Below are positions 50,666-63,055 of a stretch of 64,000 nt of DNA, piece after piece (the first letter of the stretch is position 1; every line of letters begins with the position of its first letter). The position numbers and the translations under genes were made by a program. Source of the DNA: Toensbergia leucococca (taxonomy: Eukaryota). The stretch covers positions 62,001 through 126,000 of the forward strand of contig JALDZS010000009.1 of the NCBI GenBank assembly GCA_022813965.1, read 5' to 3'. The notes under the pieces were generated by a model. The model was not told the origin of the DNA and ran no database searches. It saw nothing but the letters and a program-made list of their open reading frames with translations.

Positions 50666-53600
50666 ATGGTCTGGGAGCAGCTGTCGATAAATAAGCCACA
50701 TCTGGCCTACATCATCGTTGGTGGCTTCACTTCCCTTTTTATGCTGTGCTCTTTATTCGTCAAGGAGAAGTTATACATTGGTGAAGCCACCGTCGCTACC
50801 ATCTGTGGAGTCATCTTTGGCCCACACGCCGCCAATCTTTTCAATCCCTTATCATGGGGGAACACTGATCAGATCACCCTTGAGTGTTCACGCATTGTTC
50901 TAGTGGTGCAATGCTTTGCTGTGGGTGTTGAATTGCCAAAGTCATACATGGAGAGGCACTGGAGATCTGTGGTGTTTTTGCTGATACCCGTCATGACCTT
51001 TGGGTGGCTCATGACAAGTCTCTTCATCTGGTGGATGATCGCGCCGCTGACTTGGCTCGAAAGTCTTTGTTGCGCTGCATGCGTCACCGCCACCGACCCG
51101 GTCCTTGCTTCATCTGTTGTGGGCAAAGGGAAGTTTGCGAAACGAGTGCCCAAACATCTTCGAGACTTGCTCTCGGCCGAGTCTGGCTGCAACGATGGCA
51201 TGGCATTCCCCTTCATATACCTTTCTCTGTATCTGATTCGATACCGACCCGACGCATCGGAAGTTGCATATCATTGGATATGTTTTACGATTTTGTATGA
51301 ATGTGTCTTCGGAGCAGTATATGGGGTTCTCATCGGCTACCTTGGGCGCCATGCCATCAAATGGGCAGACGGTAAGGGGCTGATTGACAGGGAGAGTTTC
51401 CTGGTGTTTTATTTCGTCCTCGCTCTTTTCTGTGCCGGCTCGGGTAGTCTGCTGGGGATTGACGATCTACTCGTTGGGTTCGCTGCTGGTGTTGGATTCA
51501 GTAATGACGGGTGGTTTACCCAAAAAACAGAGGAGTCCCACGTCTCCAATGTCATCGATCTTTTGCTGAATCTGGCGTATTTCGTATACCTGGGCTCCAT
51601 CATACCTTGGGGAGAATACAACTCACCAGATCTAGGAATGAAACCGTGGAGACTCGTTGTTATCGCCATCTTCGTTGTCCTGTTCCGACGCATCCCTATT
51701 GTGATGGCACTGAAACCTCTTATACCAGACATCAAGACTTGGAGGGAGGCTCTGTTTGCCGGTCACTTTGGTCCAATAGGTGTCGGGGCGATCTTTGCAG
51801 CGATATTGGCCAGAGCGGAACTGGAGAACTATACCACAGTCCCGGAGGAAGACCTTCCAGGACCCGGTTCCCCAAATTACTACATCATCCAGATCATCTG
51901 GCCACTCACTACGTTCCTGGTCATCACGTCAATCTTGGTTCATGGCTCATCCATCGCCGTTTTCACCTTAGGAAAGCGCATCAATACTCTCTCGCTTACT
52001 TTATCTTATACCCAGGCCCCCGAGGACGGTCCTGCGTGGATGAATCGACTTCCGAGGATTCAGTCACGATCGAAGAGTATGTCCAAAGCCAATGAAGAAG
52101 ATATGAGTATCGGATCTTCGAATGAGAAGTTACCTGAGTTCGCGCCTGGAACACTGCCACCCGTTGGTTTACCTGGGAACTTTTTGCGTCGGCAAAAGGA
52201 AGACGACAATCCTAGCAACAATAACAGCCGAGCTTCGAGCGTACGCCCCTCGACAAAACGGAAAAAGTGGGATTCTGGCATGGGGCCTGGTGGCCCAATC
52301 AGTCGGTCTGCTATTGCTCCACAGCGTAAACCAGAGATTGTCAGTTCTACCACGAGCGTATCGGATACGCTCGGAGAGAAGTCTAATCGGTCGCCTGATA
52401 GCCAAGAAAAGGAGGAATCACCAGACGGGCTAGAAATGCAAGAGGAAGCAGATAAGCGAGAAGAAGAAGAGAAGCTCAGTCCACGTCATGTTGACGAGCC
52501 TATGATTGAGGCATACCAGGAAGGCGATAACATGGTAATTGAGGACGAAGAGGGTAATGTTTTGAGCGTAGAAGACACGCGCGGAGAAACAGATGACCAG
52601 AAGAAACAACACCTCGCAGAAAGCGAAGCGGCTTTACGTAAAGAAACATCTGGTGAACATGCCAAGGGGAGATTCCACCCTCATGCCAAGAACGAGGGCG
52701 AAGACGTTGAACATGCTGTCCAAGATAGCATTGCACATCCGGGTCATCACTATCGTGGTCTAAAGAAGAAATTAGGCGAATGGAGTCCACGGAGGCAGAG
52801 AGGTTCGTCTGGTTCGTCTGGTTCATCTCAGCCTAAGCAGAACGAGCACAAACGTGGCCCTGCTCACGCGTATCAATTTGGTAATACCATCATCGTTGAA
52901 GACGAAGACGGCGAAGTTGTCAAAAAGTATGACATACCATCGTCGAGCAACAAACGAGGTCAGGCGGTAAGCGGTGCTGACGTGGCACCTGTTCGTCGAG
53001 GCTTGCAGCGTGTAGGCACTTGGGCTGGTTTAGCAACCAAGGGTCCCGAAGGTGCTGACGGCCAGGGAGCTGAATCAAGTGGGCACGGCGATAAGGAGGG
53101 CACCAAAAACCGCCTGAAATCGATTTTGAATGGCGAAGACGACGATGGCATCCGCTTCACTGTCGAAGCTGGAGGTAGACGTATGAGTAAGACGGATTTC
53201 ATCCGACAAATCCAACAACTTGACCCCAAAGCTCGATGCGAGGCTGTCGAAGAAAGCAACGTACCCGAGGCCATCAAGGAAGAAGCTCGTGAAGAGCACC
53301 GCCGAGCTAGCCAACAGGTACTCAATGTTTCCTCGCAAATTGGACCACAGCAAGGTCTAGACCAGACCCCTAAATCACAAGCACCCATGATAGGTGAACG
53401 TCATCAACAAGGGAAGATGGCTGAAGTACAGAAAGTTGGAGAGCATGAAGACAGATTGCGAGGCAAGGACGGCTTGACCTTGGTTGACTCTCATGGCGAA
53501 GACATCCCTTTTCACTCTGTTCCTGATTCTTTGACAAAGTATTCACCTTACAAATCCGAGACTGCTGCTCAGCGACGCCGTCGTATGGCTTCACGTAAGG

Positions 53601-54022
53601 ACTCTGATGACGACGGTACAGAGCGTGTCCCTCCTGCGCAAAAACGAAACATGGAAACAGATTCTACCGGGCCAGCGACCGCAACAGGGCAGTCGTCAAT
53701 TCCAAGGCGCTCGACTTTGCAACGTGAAGACCCGACCCTCACAGCAACGGGTGAAACACAAGCTGAGCGACGACGACGACTTGCAGCGTTGGGAGAAGGT
53801 GGCCAAGGGGCAGCCGATAGTGACAGCGACGATGATGGAGGTGAGCGAAGACCAGACGCAAAGCATAAACCCGTCGAAGAACCAAAGCAAGACGGACCAC
53901 GGGCACCGGGAATTAGGTTTGCAGATTCTCCAGCTGTCAGTCAAGGGAGAGTGCAATGGGGGGAAGATGTCGGGAGGAAGGGAAGGGGGAAGTGGATCGA
54001 TGGCATGGACAAGGGTGCATAG
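50666..54022 (+). CDS. NHA1: Plasma-membrane Na+(K+)/H+ antiporter, intronless, with long hydrophilic C-terminus
   Basis: KEKLYIGEA, ATDPVLASSVVGKGKFA, AESGCNDGMAFPF, GIDDLLVGF, GHFGPIGVGA, HGSSIAVFTLGK. Confidence 0.96.
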   Translation: MVWEQLSINKPHLAYIIVGGFTSLFMLCSLFVKEKLYIGEATVATICGVIFGPHAANLFNPLSWGNTDQITLECSRIVLVVQCFAVGVELPKSYMERHWRSVVFLLIPVMTFGWLMTSLFIWWMIAPLTWLESLCCAACVTATDPVLASSVVGKGKFAKRVPKHLRDLLSAESGCNDGMAFPFIYLSLYLIRYRPDASEVAYHWICFTILYECVFGAVYGVLIGYLGRHAIKWADGKGLIDRESFLVFYFVLALFCAGSGSLLGIDDLLVGFAAGVGFSNDGWFTQKTEESHVSNVIDLLLNLAYFVYLGSIIPWGEYNSPDLGMKPWRLVVIAIFVVLFRRIPIVMALKPLIPDIKTWREALFAGHFGPIGVGAIFAAILARAELENYTTVPEEDLPGPGSPNYYIIQIIWPLTTFLVITSILVHGSSIAVFTLGKRINTLSLTLSYTQAPEDGPAWMNRLPRIQSRSKSMSKANEEDMSIGSSNEKLPEFAPGTLPPVGLPGNFLRRQKEDDNPSNNNSRASSVRPSTKRKKWDSGMGPGGPISRSAIAPQRKPEIVSSTTSVSDTLGEKSNRSPDSQEKEESPDGLEMQEEADKREEEEKLSPRHVDEPMIEAYQEGDNMVIEDEEGNVLSVEDTRGETDDQKKQHLAESEAALRKETSGEHAKGRFHPHAKNEGEDVEHAVQDSIAHPGHHYRGLKKKLGEWSPRRQRGSSGSSGSSQPKQNEHKRGPAHAYQFGNTIIVEDEDGEVVKKYDIPSSSNKRGQAVSGADVAPVRRGLQRVGTWAGLATKGPEGADGQGAESSGHGDKEGTKNRLKSILNGEDDDGIRFTVEAGGRRMSKTDFIRQIQQLDPKARCEAVEESNVPEAIKEEAREEHRRASQQVLNVSSQIGPQQGLDQTPKSQAPMIGERHQQGKMAEVQKVGEHEDRLRGKDGLTLVDSHGEDIPFHSVPDSLTKYSPYKSETAAQRRRRMASRKDSDDDGTERVPPAQKRNMETDSTGPATATGQSSIPRRSTLQREDPTLTATGETQAERRRRLAALGEGGQGAADSDSDDDGGERRPDAKHKPVEEPKQDGPRAPGIRFADSPAVSQGRVQWGEDVGRKGRGKWIDGMDKGA

Positions 54023-54988
54023 GGACATAAGGATGCTAACGAGGATCATTTGCGGTGGCATGTTTTCGTCTGGTCGGAGCTCGAATTTGCTGTTCAAAGT
54101 GGCTTGTTTGATATCCATACTACGGCATTCGGAGCAGGTACTCGCTCGTAGTTGGCATGAGGCAGATGAACATAGATTTCTAATATTGCTGATGTAGGTA
54201 GCTGAGTACCTTACACCTAGCTACACCCTAGCTGAGAGGAATAAATTGAAGCTCTAAAAAGCTATTTCACGTACTCGAGATTTTGCTCCGTAGCAATTTG
54301 TTTCGATACCACGGCTATGCAACTTCATGATTTCTTCTCGAGTGCTCCTAGATGGCTATAACAGAGACGAAGAATCGGGTCAAAGATGTGGTGCGCAAAT
54401 CGTGATGTTTGCCCATACGGCATTGAGCCCGGGCCTCATTATTGCCTAATCGGGATGGGGGTTTGAGGATTTTGATGCTCTGATAGAGTAATCCCACCAC
54501 AAGCCAATCGATCCGATCAGCTACTTTAACAACAGCACAGCATTCTTTTCTTCTTCACCCTTCACCCTCCACCATCCGCATCAACGCCGGTGTCCCCCGT
54601 CCATCAAACCCACTGTTAACGTCACGTAAAAAAAGGGGGGGGGAATAATTCGCTAACAGCAAACGTGTGCGTTTCTGCCCATTGTTTTCCAATGAGTATT
54701 CTACGTTAGATACGTCGCCGTTAGATACGGCCAGGATGATCTCATTTCAGTTACCGGATTTGGAGAATTGCCTCGATCCTTGGCATGACAAACGGGTATT
54801 CAGCTCCAGGATCGGATCGGATTGGATCGGAGTGTTTGGCTACAGCTGACATCAACCCTCTATTTGAGGAAGGAGATGTGGAGGGGCAATGAGCGAGGCC
54901 TATGGAGTCGGAAAGGTTTTTGAACCGCTGAATTTCACTGGTTTCCACGATCTGGCCATCGGTGCTAGGGCTACCAATGTTCATGACA

Positions 54989-56095
54989 TTACAGTAAACA
55001 ACCGCCCGGCTGACGACCCCAACAGTCCTGGGCCACGCCCCTCGAAGCGGCAAAGAGTGGGCTAACCTTCCTCGCGCGCTCGTGGCTGGCAGTGGACAGA
55101 AGAGTGCCCGATTGCTCCCCGAGGATTCCCTTCAGCGCATCTTCTAGTTGCTGGTTGTCTGCTGACTCGCCGAGTAGAACCAGTTGACTGATCTGCTTCA
55201 ACCCAGCACCATTCCTGTCCTCAAGCGGGAGACGAGTGACTTGACGTAGCGCACGCGCAAGATCGTCGCGACCGTTCTTGGATCCTCTGGAAAGACCGTC
55301 GGTGCCGATGCTGGCATTGTGCAGTACGCGCCGGTACTCAAAGATCCCGCATTCCTCCACAATCAGGAGGGCTGTCAGTGCCGCACGGTTGTAGTCGACT
55401 GTAAGAATAATTTGCTCCAAGTCATCCCTTTGCTTTTGCTCGGATGTATCGTCGACGGGACCGATGGTGCACTTTCCGCGGATACCATGTGCACGTGCTG
55501 CAAGGATTCCCGCTGGCGGTTGAGCCGACATGGGCATGCGCAATGAGAGGGAGGAGCAGGCAGAGCGCAATGCGTCGAGGTAAGAATCAGAGGCTGGAAA
55601 TGGAACAACGACTTCTACGGTCGAGAGAGAAGTTTCGAGATAGGACTCCGCTGCCGTATTCAAGGCTTGCAACATCCAAGATAAAGATCGAGTACGGGCA
55701 TCTTTGCCGCCCAACCAGGGCGGTAGGTAATCCCGAAGAGATTGTAAACCTAAAGATGCCTGGGCTGCGCCAATACTGGGCTGCGAGGAATCATCGAGCA
55801 AGGTTTGAGGACTTATTTCATTATCCCTTACGGCATCCGCTGAACGCATCACTTGCTTGTAGGCGGGTCCCCCTTCGATTTTGGCAATGTCGATGGTAGA
55901 ACCGTTTGAGAAATAGATGCTAGCAACTCTATGTTGCCAAAAATTTCAGCCTTCTCAGTATGAATCAGACTCATTATGGTGTCCTTACCCATAATCAAGC
56001 GATAGGCCAAAGCCCACACCGTAATCTGCCGCGTATATTAAGTGAGCGAAAGTGAGGCAAGCAGCGAGCAGGTAATGCAAGATCATCTTGCCCAT
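54989..56095 (-). CDS. Secreted hypothetical protein with a degenerate Hsp70/actin-like ATPase fold (one intron, ~55929-55988)
   Basis: Signal peptide MGKMILHYLLAACLTFAHLIYA, then GVGFGLSLDYG|VASIY, AAESYLETSLSTVEVVVP, AGILAARAHGI, IILTVDY..GIFE, ISQLVLLGES, PLFAASRGVA. Confidence 0.75.
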
Positions 56096-57036
56096 AATGA
56101 ACATTGAATATTTGTGGATGTGACAAAGATAAAGCTACTGGTTTTGTACCGGTAGAATAAGGGTGATGATAGTGGATAGACAATTGAGGAAATGGAAATG
56201 GAAATGGTCTGTCTAGGGTTCTACCTAGGCGTCAAGCCTTAAGCCTTTTGTTCTGGTTCAGAGGTTTAAGATGAGTGGCAGTGGCACAGTCCATTCATTC
56301 ATGAGACTGGCACTCCGTACTTTGAAACATATGATGCTATGATCCGATCTTAGGGATCGTGAGAAGACCTCTCAATGTGGCGCCAAAAGCCTTTTTGTTC
56401 AAAGATCTTCTCACCAACGCGAAGATAATCCGCGCGTCAAATATTCTATAAATTCCACGGGTCTCGGGCCGGGGTCTCGGGCCGACCCGAATACCTCAAA
56501 CCCACGGAGCCCAACAAGGCGTGCAGGGTAATTGGTAATGTCACGTTACTGCGTCCGAGAGGTCATTCAGGTAGGCGAGCTCCGTGCAGAGGAAGCCCAC
56601 CGATAAATATTCTAGATCGCTACACTTCGCTTCGCTGCAATTATGTACCAACATCAACTTCAAGTCAGAGCCCCTCGGCCCTTCCTCCCCAAGCAGATTA
56701 CCACTGAGAGAAAAGAGTGTAAACATCCAAAGCAGCCAACTGAAATAAAGTTATCGTTAATGAAGGTACACTCACTGACAATACTAAGGTATTGTTGAGC
56801 CTGTGATAGAGCTATGCTTGTGCATGGCCATGCTCCCATATTCGGTCTACGGCCAGCTCACCATACCTGTTGTGCCTGGCCTATGGCTCAGCTTGAAGAT
56901 CTGCATCTCAACAGTAAGATCGATCGATCATGCTGTGTGACACCACATTCAAAACCGCAGCTGGTAGGGTAGGAAAAACGGTAAGCTCCGTTCCCGCAGG
57001 TTGGTCAAGCCTTTGTGATGATGATTTATCTGCATT

Positions 57037-57312
57037 CTACCTACCTACCTACCTACCTACCTTAGTCAGTACAGATACGCTAGCTTGAGGCTGCGACTCT
57101 GCTTTCCCCGCGCTCTCCTGATGCACTTTCTCACATGACGCATATGGGTTAAAAGTCTTTCGTATGATTTGTCAACGTCATCACAAACTTGCTGTCGGCA
57201 GGGAAAACGGTAAGCTTCATTGATATCTATTCTGGCGTGATATCTTCTGTGTTGCTTCAGTAAGGTACTTGACTTTTACCTACCTAGGTAAGGTACCTAC
57301 CTAGGTAGGTAC
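57037..57312. repeat. (TACC)n microsatellite (57037-57062) and TACCTAGGTA palindromic cluster (57277-57312)
   Basis: ctacctacctacctacctacctacct; tacctacctaggtaaggtacctacctaggtaggtacc. Confidence 0.8.
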
Positions 57313-57826
57313 CGACCTGATTCCTGGATTGGTTGAGACTAGGCTCCCTGCGGGAGCGTCATCTAGAATAAGCCTCTTCGGATATAGATACTACATTTGA
57401 ACTTCCTGCATATACCATCAGCCAGATGCAACTGCTTCCAGCAAATCAAAACCTGACTGCAACCGACAGAAAGCGGAGTAGATGGTCCCTGCGCTCTCTA
57501 TGGATAGGAAATGGATGCACTTAGTACCGACACCTCGACCTGAAGAATTTGTGCAGCCAGCAACAAATTGCTCGGAAACTTCTGCATCAGCTTTCTTATT
57601 CCAATTGAATTATGTCTGATTCTAACTCATTGGTTGAAAAGATCAGGTGGGAGGTATCTTGCAGGCAACAAGAGCGTGAAAGTATCTGCCAAACAGCAAG
57701 ATGTGCAATTAGGCCGGTCTTCCTTCCGATGTTCTTCTTCAGGATACATTTTCAACTTGTTTCCATTTTCCTTTCTCACACACGCTTTCATTTTCGGTAT
57801 CTATGCAACTCTCTGTATTAGGTAGC

Positions 57827-60800
57827 ATGGAGAAAAGACCCAAAATTCTGGTTGCGAACCGGGGTGAGATCAGTGTTCGTATCTTTAGGGCTGCGCATGA
57901 GCTCTCCATGGCAACAGTTGCTGTGTACTCAGAACAGGACAGGCTAGCCGGTCATAACCAAAGTCCCTATCATGTATATCCTCGCAATTCTAGCTTGAAC
58001 TGATCATATGCAGTCGCCGAAACAGCGTATATGATTGGTTGTTCAGGGGAATTTGGCCCTATGTCAGTGTATCAATGTCTTTGTCTCTGTGCTGAAACCT
58101 GCCTGGGATTTCTGCTGACACACCAGTGTAATCCAGAGAAGCGTACCTTCAAGGAGAGAGAATTGTACAAATTGCCCAAGACAAAGATGTTGACTATATG
58201 TAACATGAGTTGCAAACCTACGCGTTTTGTAGCGCTACGCTCACACCCATACTCGCCAGTCATCCTGGATACGGCTTCCTGTCCGAGAATGCCTTCTTCG
58301 CGGCCGCAGTCCAAAAAGCTGGAATTACCTGTAAGCATCGACTAGCTAGTACCCACAAGTGACGCGGCAGGTTGATAGGTGCTTTTCCAGTTGTTGGACC
58401 ACCTAGCGAGGCGATTGAAATAATGGGGAACAAAACAGCCGCTCGAAAGATAGCACAGAGTTGTGGAATTCCAACAGTCCCTGGTACTGATGCCGCTTTG
58501 AAAGACCTAACAGATGTCAAAGACTTCATCAAGCAGTGAGTGCGTCTTTGCGTGGCAAGAAGTACACGATGAGATTTAAAAACTAATATAGGTCTCATTT
58601 GTAGACATGGCTATCCAATAGTCCTCAAAGCAAGCTTTGGTGGTATGAAGCATGAGTTCAGCTGAACCTGTTCACTAAGATGTTTCATAGGTGGTGGTCG
58701 GGGAATGCGCGTGATCAGAGCAGGTGACTGTATTGGAGATGCTCTAGCAGCTGCAGAGTCGGAAGCAGCTGCGGCTTTTGGTAATGGGAGTCTGTTCATC
58801 GAAAAGTAAGTACCAGTACGGGTGAGGCTCACCATGCTTACAGCTGTTTCCAGATATTTGAACCGAGCAAAGCACATAGAAGTCCAGGTTTTGGCTGATA
58901 AACACGGCGACTGCATTCACCTTCTCGACCGAGATTGTAGTGTGCAACGGAGGCACCAGAAGGTCATTGAGATTGCTCCTGCTCCTCTGCTCTCAGCAGA
59001 ACTGCGCAATTCTCTCCACACGGCGGCATTGAAACTTGCCAATGCTATTCATTATGGTAAGAATAAGATTCTCAGACCTCTAAACTAGTGTTTGTACCAA
59101 GGCTTACTTACTTTTAGTAAATGCCGGCACTGTCGAGTTTCTTGTTGACAATGACCATTTCTATTTTATCGAGATGAACCCACGCATGTAAGATCAATCT
59201 GGTTGCAAGGGTAGAATCTGGCTGCACTAACGTCTTTTTCGATAGCCAAGTAGAGCACACTGTCACTGAAGAGGTCACAGGCATTGATATTGTCAGCGCT
59301 CAGCTTCAGATTGCCGCAGGTAAGAGTCTCGCAGATATCAATCTTATGCAAGATACGGTAGCTCAGCAAGGGTTTGCTATCCAATGCCGTGTAACAACCG
59401 AAGTACCGGCCCAAGGTATGGTTCAACTTGAAGCGAATGAGCCAAGGTCGAGACTAAGCCAACCCAAGGATTCCGTCCGGATACCGGAAAGTTGGACTTC
59501 TGTAGGCTACCAATGGGCTGTGGTATACGCCTGGATTACGGTGATTGCTCACAAGGCACTGTCATTACCCCTTTCTACGACCCACTTTTGGTAAAATGTA
59601 CCGCTAGTGGGCTGACCTTGGAAGACGCTATTCGGAGATCTTTGCGAGCTCTGCGAGAGCTTCGAATAGAAGGCGTTGAAACTAATATTTCTTTTCTGAT
59701 CCGCATTCTCCTTTCCCACACTTTCTCCGCTGGCGATTGCTGGACCACATTCATCGACCAAAATCCGCATCTCCTGGCACCGGACTTCTCCCATGATAAG
59801 GGTCACAAATTTCTCCGCTTTCTCGCAGATGCGGCGGTGAACGGTAGCAGAATAGCTGGGCAAGTGGTAGGCGATCTGTTATTCCTTTCTTTTTTGTCAA
59901 CTAAAAGCGCAAAAGAAACCTCCTGCTCTTCTTGAAGACATTGATGTGGCCTCTCTGGTCGATTTAGTCACAGGAGCATATATAGACACAACCACTCCCT
60001 GTTCTGAAGGTTGGCGCTCCGTGATTTTAGAGCATGGGCCTGTCGAGTTCGCCAAAAGAATCAGAGCGCACCAAGTTACTTTGATCACTGATACAACTTG
60101 GCGGGACGGTCAACAGTCATTGTTGGCTACACGTGTACGATCACGAGATCTGGCAACCATTGCTATTCACACCAGTCATGCCTACAGCCAAGCATTCAGC
60201 CTCGAAAACTGGGGAGGTGCAACATTCGATGTTATGCTACGTTTTCTATATGAAGATCCATGGGAACGTCTAGTTCGTAGTCCCCTTGAAACATCAAGAT
60301 ATAGTGTCACTGGAAGCGGCAGCTAATACCTTCCTGTAGCGTCAGCTTCGCGAATTAGTTCCGTATGTTTGGCACCCATTCTTCCATTCCTCTTTTGAGA
60401 TTATATCCAACTTGGTGTAGTAACGTTCCCTTTCAAATGCTTCTGAGAAGTACGAACGGAGTGGCATATTCTGCGTAAGTAAATTCCGATCAACAGAATG
60501 ACTTGGTTTATAAAAGGACTTTTTTAGACTGCCCGACAACGCTATTTTCCACTTCGTCAAAGCTGCCAAAGATGCCGGCATCGACATCTTCAGAGTCTTT
60601 GACTGCCTCAACAATTTGGACAATTTGGAAGTTGGCATTCGAGCTGTCCAAGCTGCCGGTGGAGTTGTGGAAGGCGCCATCATGTATACCGGAGACATGA
60701 TGAAGGATGGCAAGTATACACTCGAATACTACTTGGCCATAACAGATAGGCTTGTTGAGATGGGATCCCATATCATTGCCATCAAATCCATGTCTGGTGT

Positions 60801-62315
60801 AATGAAGCCAAGCGCAGGGCGAGCCTTGGTTCGAGCTATACGCACCAAATATCCTGATATTCCGATTCACATGCACACGCACGATACCAATGGAGCAGGC
60901 ATTGCTACGATGATGGCTTGTGTGGAGGAAGGTGCAGATATAGTCGACACAGCCATAGACAGTCTTTCCGGCTCAACTTCTCAGCCAGCAATCAGCGCCA
61001 TGTTGGCTACGTTGGAGAACACAATCTTCGATGCAGGTTTCTCTCTCGACCATATCAGGGTCATAGACAGATACTGGGCACAATTACGATTAATGTACAG
61101 TGGGTTTGATGCCGACCTCCGTTCACCCGATCCCACTGTTTACAAACATGAGATACCTGGGGGTCAATATTCGAATCTCATGTTCCAAGCTCGTCAGAAC
61201 GGCCTTGGTAGTCAGTGGCAAGAAACCCTGGACGCCTACACGGATGCGAACCACCTCCTCGGAGACATCATCAAAGCAACTCCCACCTCAAAAGCAGTCG
61301 GAGATCTGGCACAGTTCATGGTCGACCATAAACTCTCGTCCAACGACATCCTGCAGGACGCATCTACCCTTGACTTCCCCACCTCAGTCCTCGACTACTT
61401 CGAAGGCCTTATGGGACAACCTTTCGACGGCTTCCCAGAGCCCCTTCGAACCCAGGCCCTTCGCTCCCGCCGTCATAAGCTCTCCTGCCGTCCCGGTCTA
61501 GCGTTGGAACCCGTCAACTTCGAGAAGATCCGCCAGCAGATCCACAGCCAGTTCCCGGACCGTCCCCCGTCTGAGTTTGACATCGCAAGCTATATCATGT
61601 ACCCAGAAATCTACACCGATTTCCGTAAAACCCGTGATGAATTCGGCGACCTCACTAATCTCCGGACACCTACCTTCCTTACGGTTCCCCAGATTGGGGA
61701 AGAAGTCTCTCTCAGCATCAACGATGGCCAAGATTTCGTGGCGACGATGCTCAGTATTGGCCTGTTCGACGCGTTGACCGGCACGCGAGAGGTCCTGTTC
61801 CGGCTGAATGGGGAGATGAGATCAATCTCCATTGTGGATCTCAAAGGTCGGCTGGTTTCCCTTTTTTTTGCAAACTGATTTAAGAAGCTTGGTTTGGCAC
61901 TCCTTGCTGACGCTTGTCTCTCCTAGCTGAGCCTAAGCAAAAGCGGCCCAAGGCCAACTCGCACAATGACCGCGATGTAGGCGCCCCAATGTCCGGGAAG
62001 GTGGTCCGCGTGCTCATACAGGACGACGCGCCTGTCGCGGCAGGAGAGATATTGCTGGCTTTGACGGCTATGAAAATGGTATGAAACCCTTCGTGTTGTT
62101 TTCTCCCCATCCCTTCCCCCCCCCCCAATCCTCTTGTTAAAGCTACATACTCTCTCTTTTTTTTTTGTTGGCTAGCCTTGGCTGGGGAACTTGTGGAATA
62201 ACTGGGAAAATAGGAACTGAATGTCAGCGCAAGGGTTGGCGGAAAGGCAACAAAGCTGCAGGTGAAAGTGGGCGACAGTGTGGAGAAGGGAGACTTGTTG
62301 CTTGAGATTTCTTGA
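57827..62315 (+). CDS. Pyruvate carboxylase, divergent intron-rich paralog (~16 introns; possible extra first exon from ATG 57612)
   Basis: Biotin carboxylase [49 protein letters not shown]; carboxyltransferase [44 protein letters not shown]; biotin carrier [12 protein letters not shown]; spliced frame stays open to TGA at 62313-62315. Confidence 0.93.
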
Positions 62316-62499
62316 AGGGATATTAGACAAAGAACGCTTATTCTTTCTGGTCTGGTCTGTGATTAAATTGGCAGAGAATTCGGTTATGCAAAGGGCACAA
62401 AGCTCTCAATTCAAGGCTTGGCCTCTGAGCAAAATGGGATTCTGTAACGATGACTTGATCCTTGTAAAATGCCAAAACTGGTATGCACGCATTACCTAT

Positions 62500-63034
62500 C
62501 TGGTATATAAAGACAGTAACGCTATAGTCAAAACTCGTAGTCTTGTAGCCCGATTAGAACCCCTGCCCTTATAAGACGATTAACTATCTTATAATCAAGT
62601 ACCAAGGCGTGCGTGCCAGGGATAAATCACGAAAAAAAGTTATACATCCATCTATCCCCCTCCATTTCACCCCCCCCCCCCCACCATTTAACCTATTTCA
62701 CCTCCAACAACTTGCGCCCCTTTCAAAAGGGTCAAAGGTTCATTGTGAGAGAGGCTCATAGGTAGCAAAAACAATGAGGTCAAAGAAGGGGGGGAGAGAA
62801 TGAGTCAATGAGGTGGAATAGAAGATATTCTACTTGTTTATAATACTACCTTATAGACAAGAAGAAGTAAGTCCCTCAAGTCGCAAAAATTTTATCAATT
62901 AGAACCCCTCCCCTATGTTGGTAGGATACCATCTAATATACAGATATTATCTTATATACCAAAATAAATGCGGTACCGCTAAAAATCTGCCGCCGATCAG
63001 CCGTCCAATTTTTTGTTCCACCGGGCCTCGAATG
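62500..63034. mobile_element. Probable degenerate repeat remnant, ending in a diverged relative of the 9391-9479 inverted-repeat element
   Basis: AAAAATCTGCCGCCGATC..GTCCAATTTTTT..CCTCGAATG (62981-63034) resembles AAAAAATTGACCGCCGATC..GTCAATTTTT..CCTCGAATG; ATTAGAACCCCT occurs at both 62553 and 62898; TA-rich. Confidence 0.4.
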
Positions 63035-63055
63035 AGGAGAGAAACTTGTGCCATC

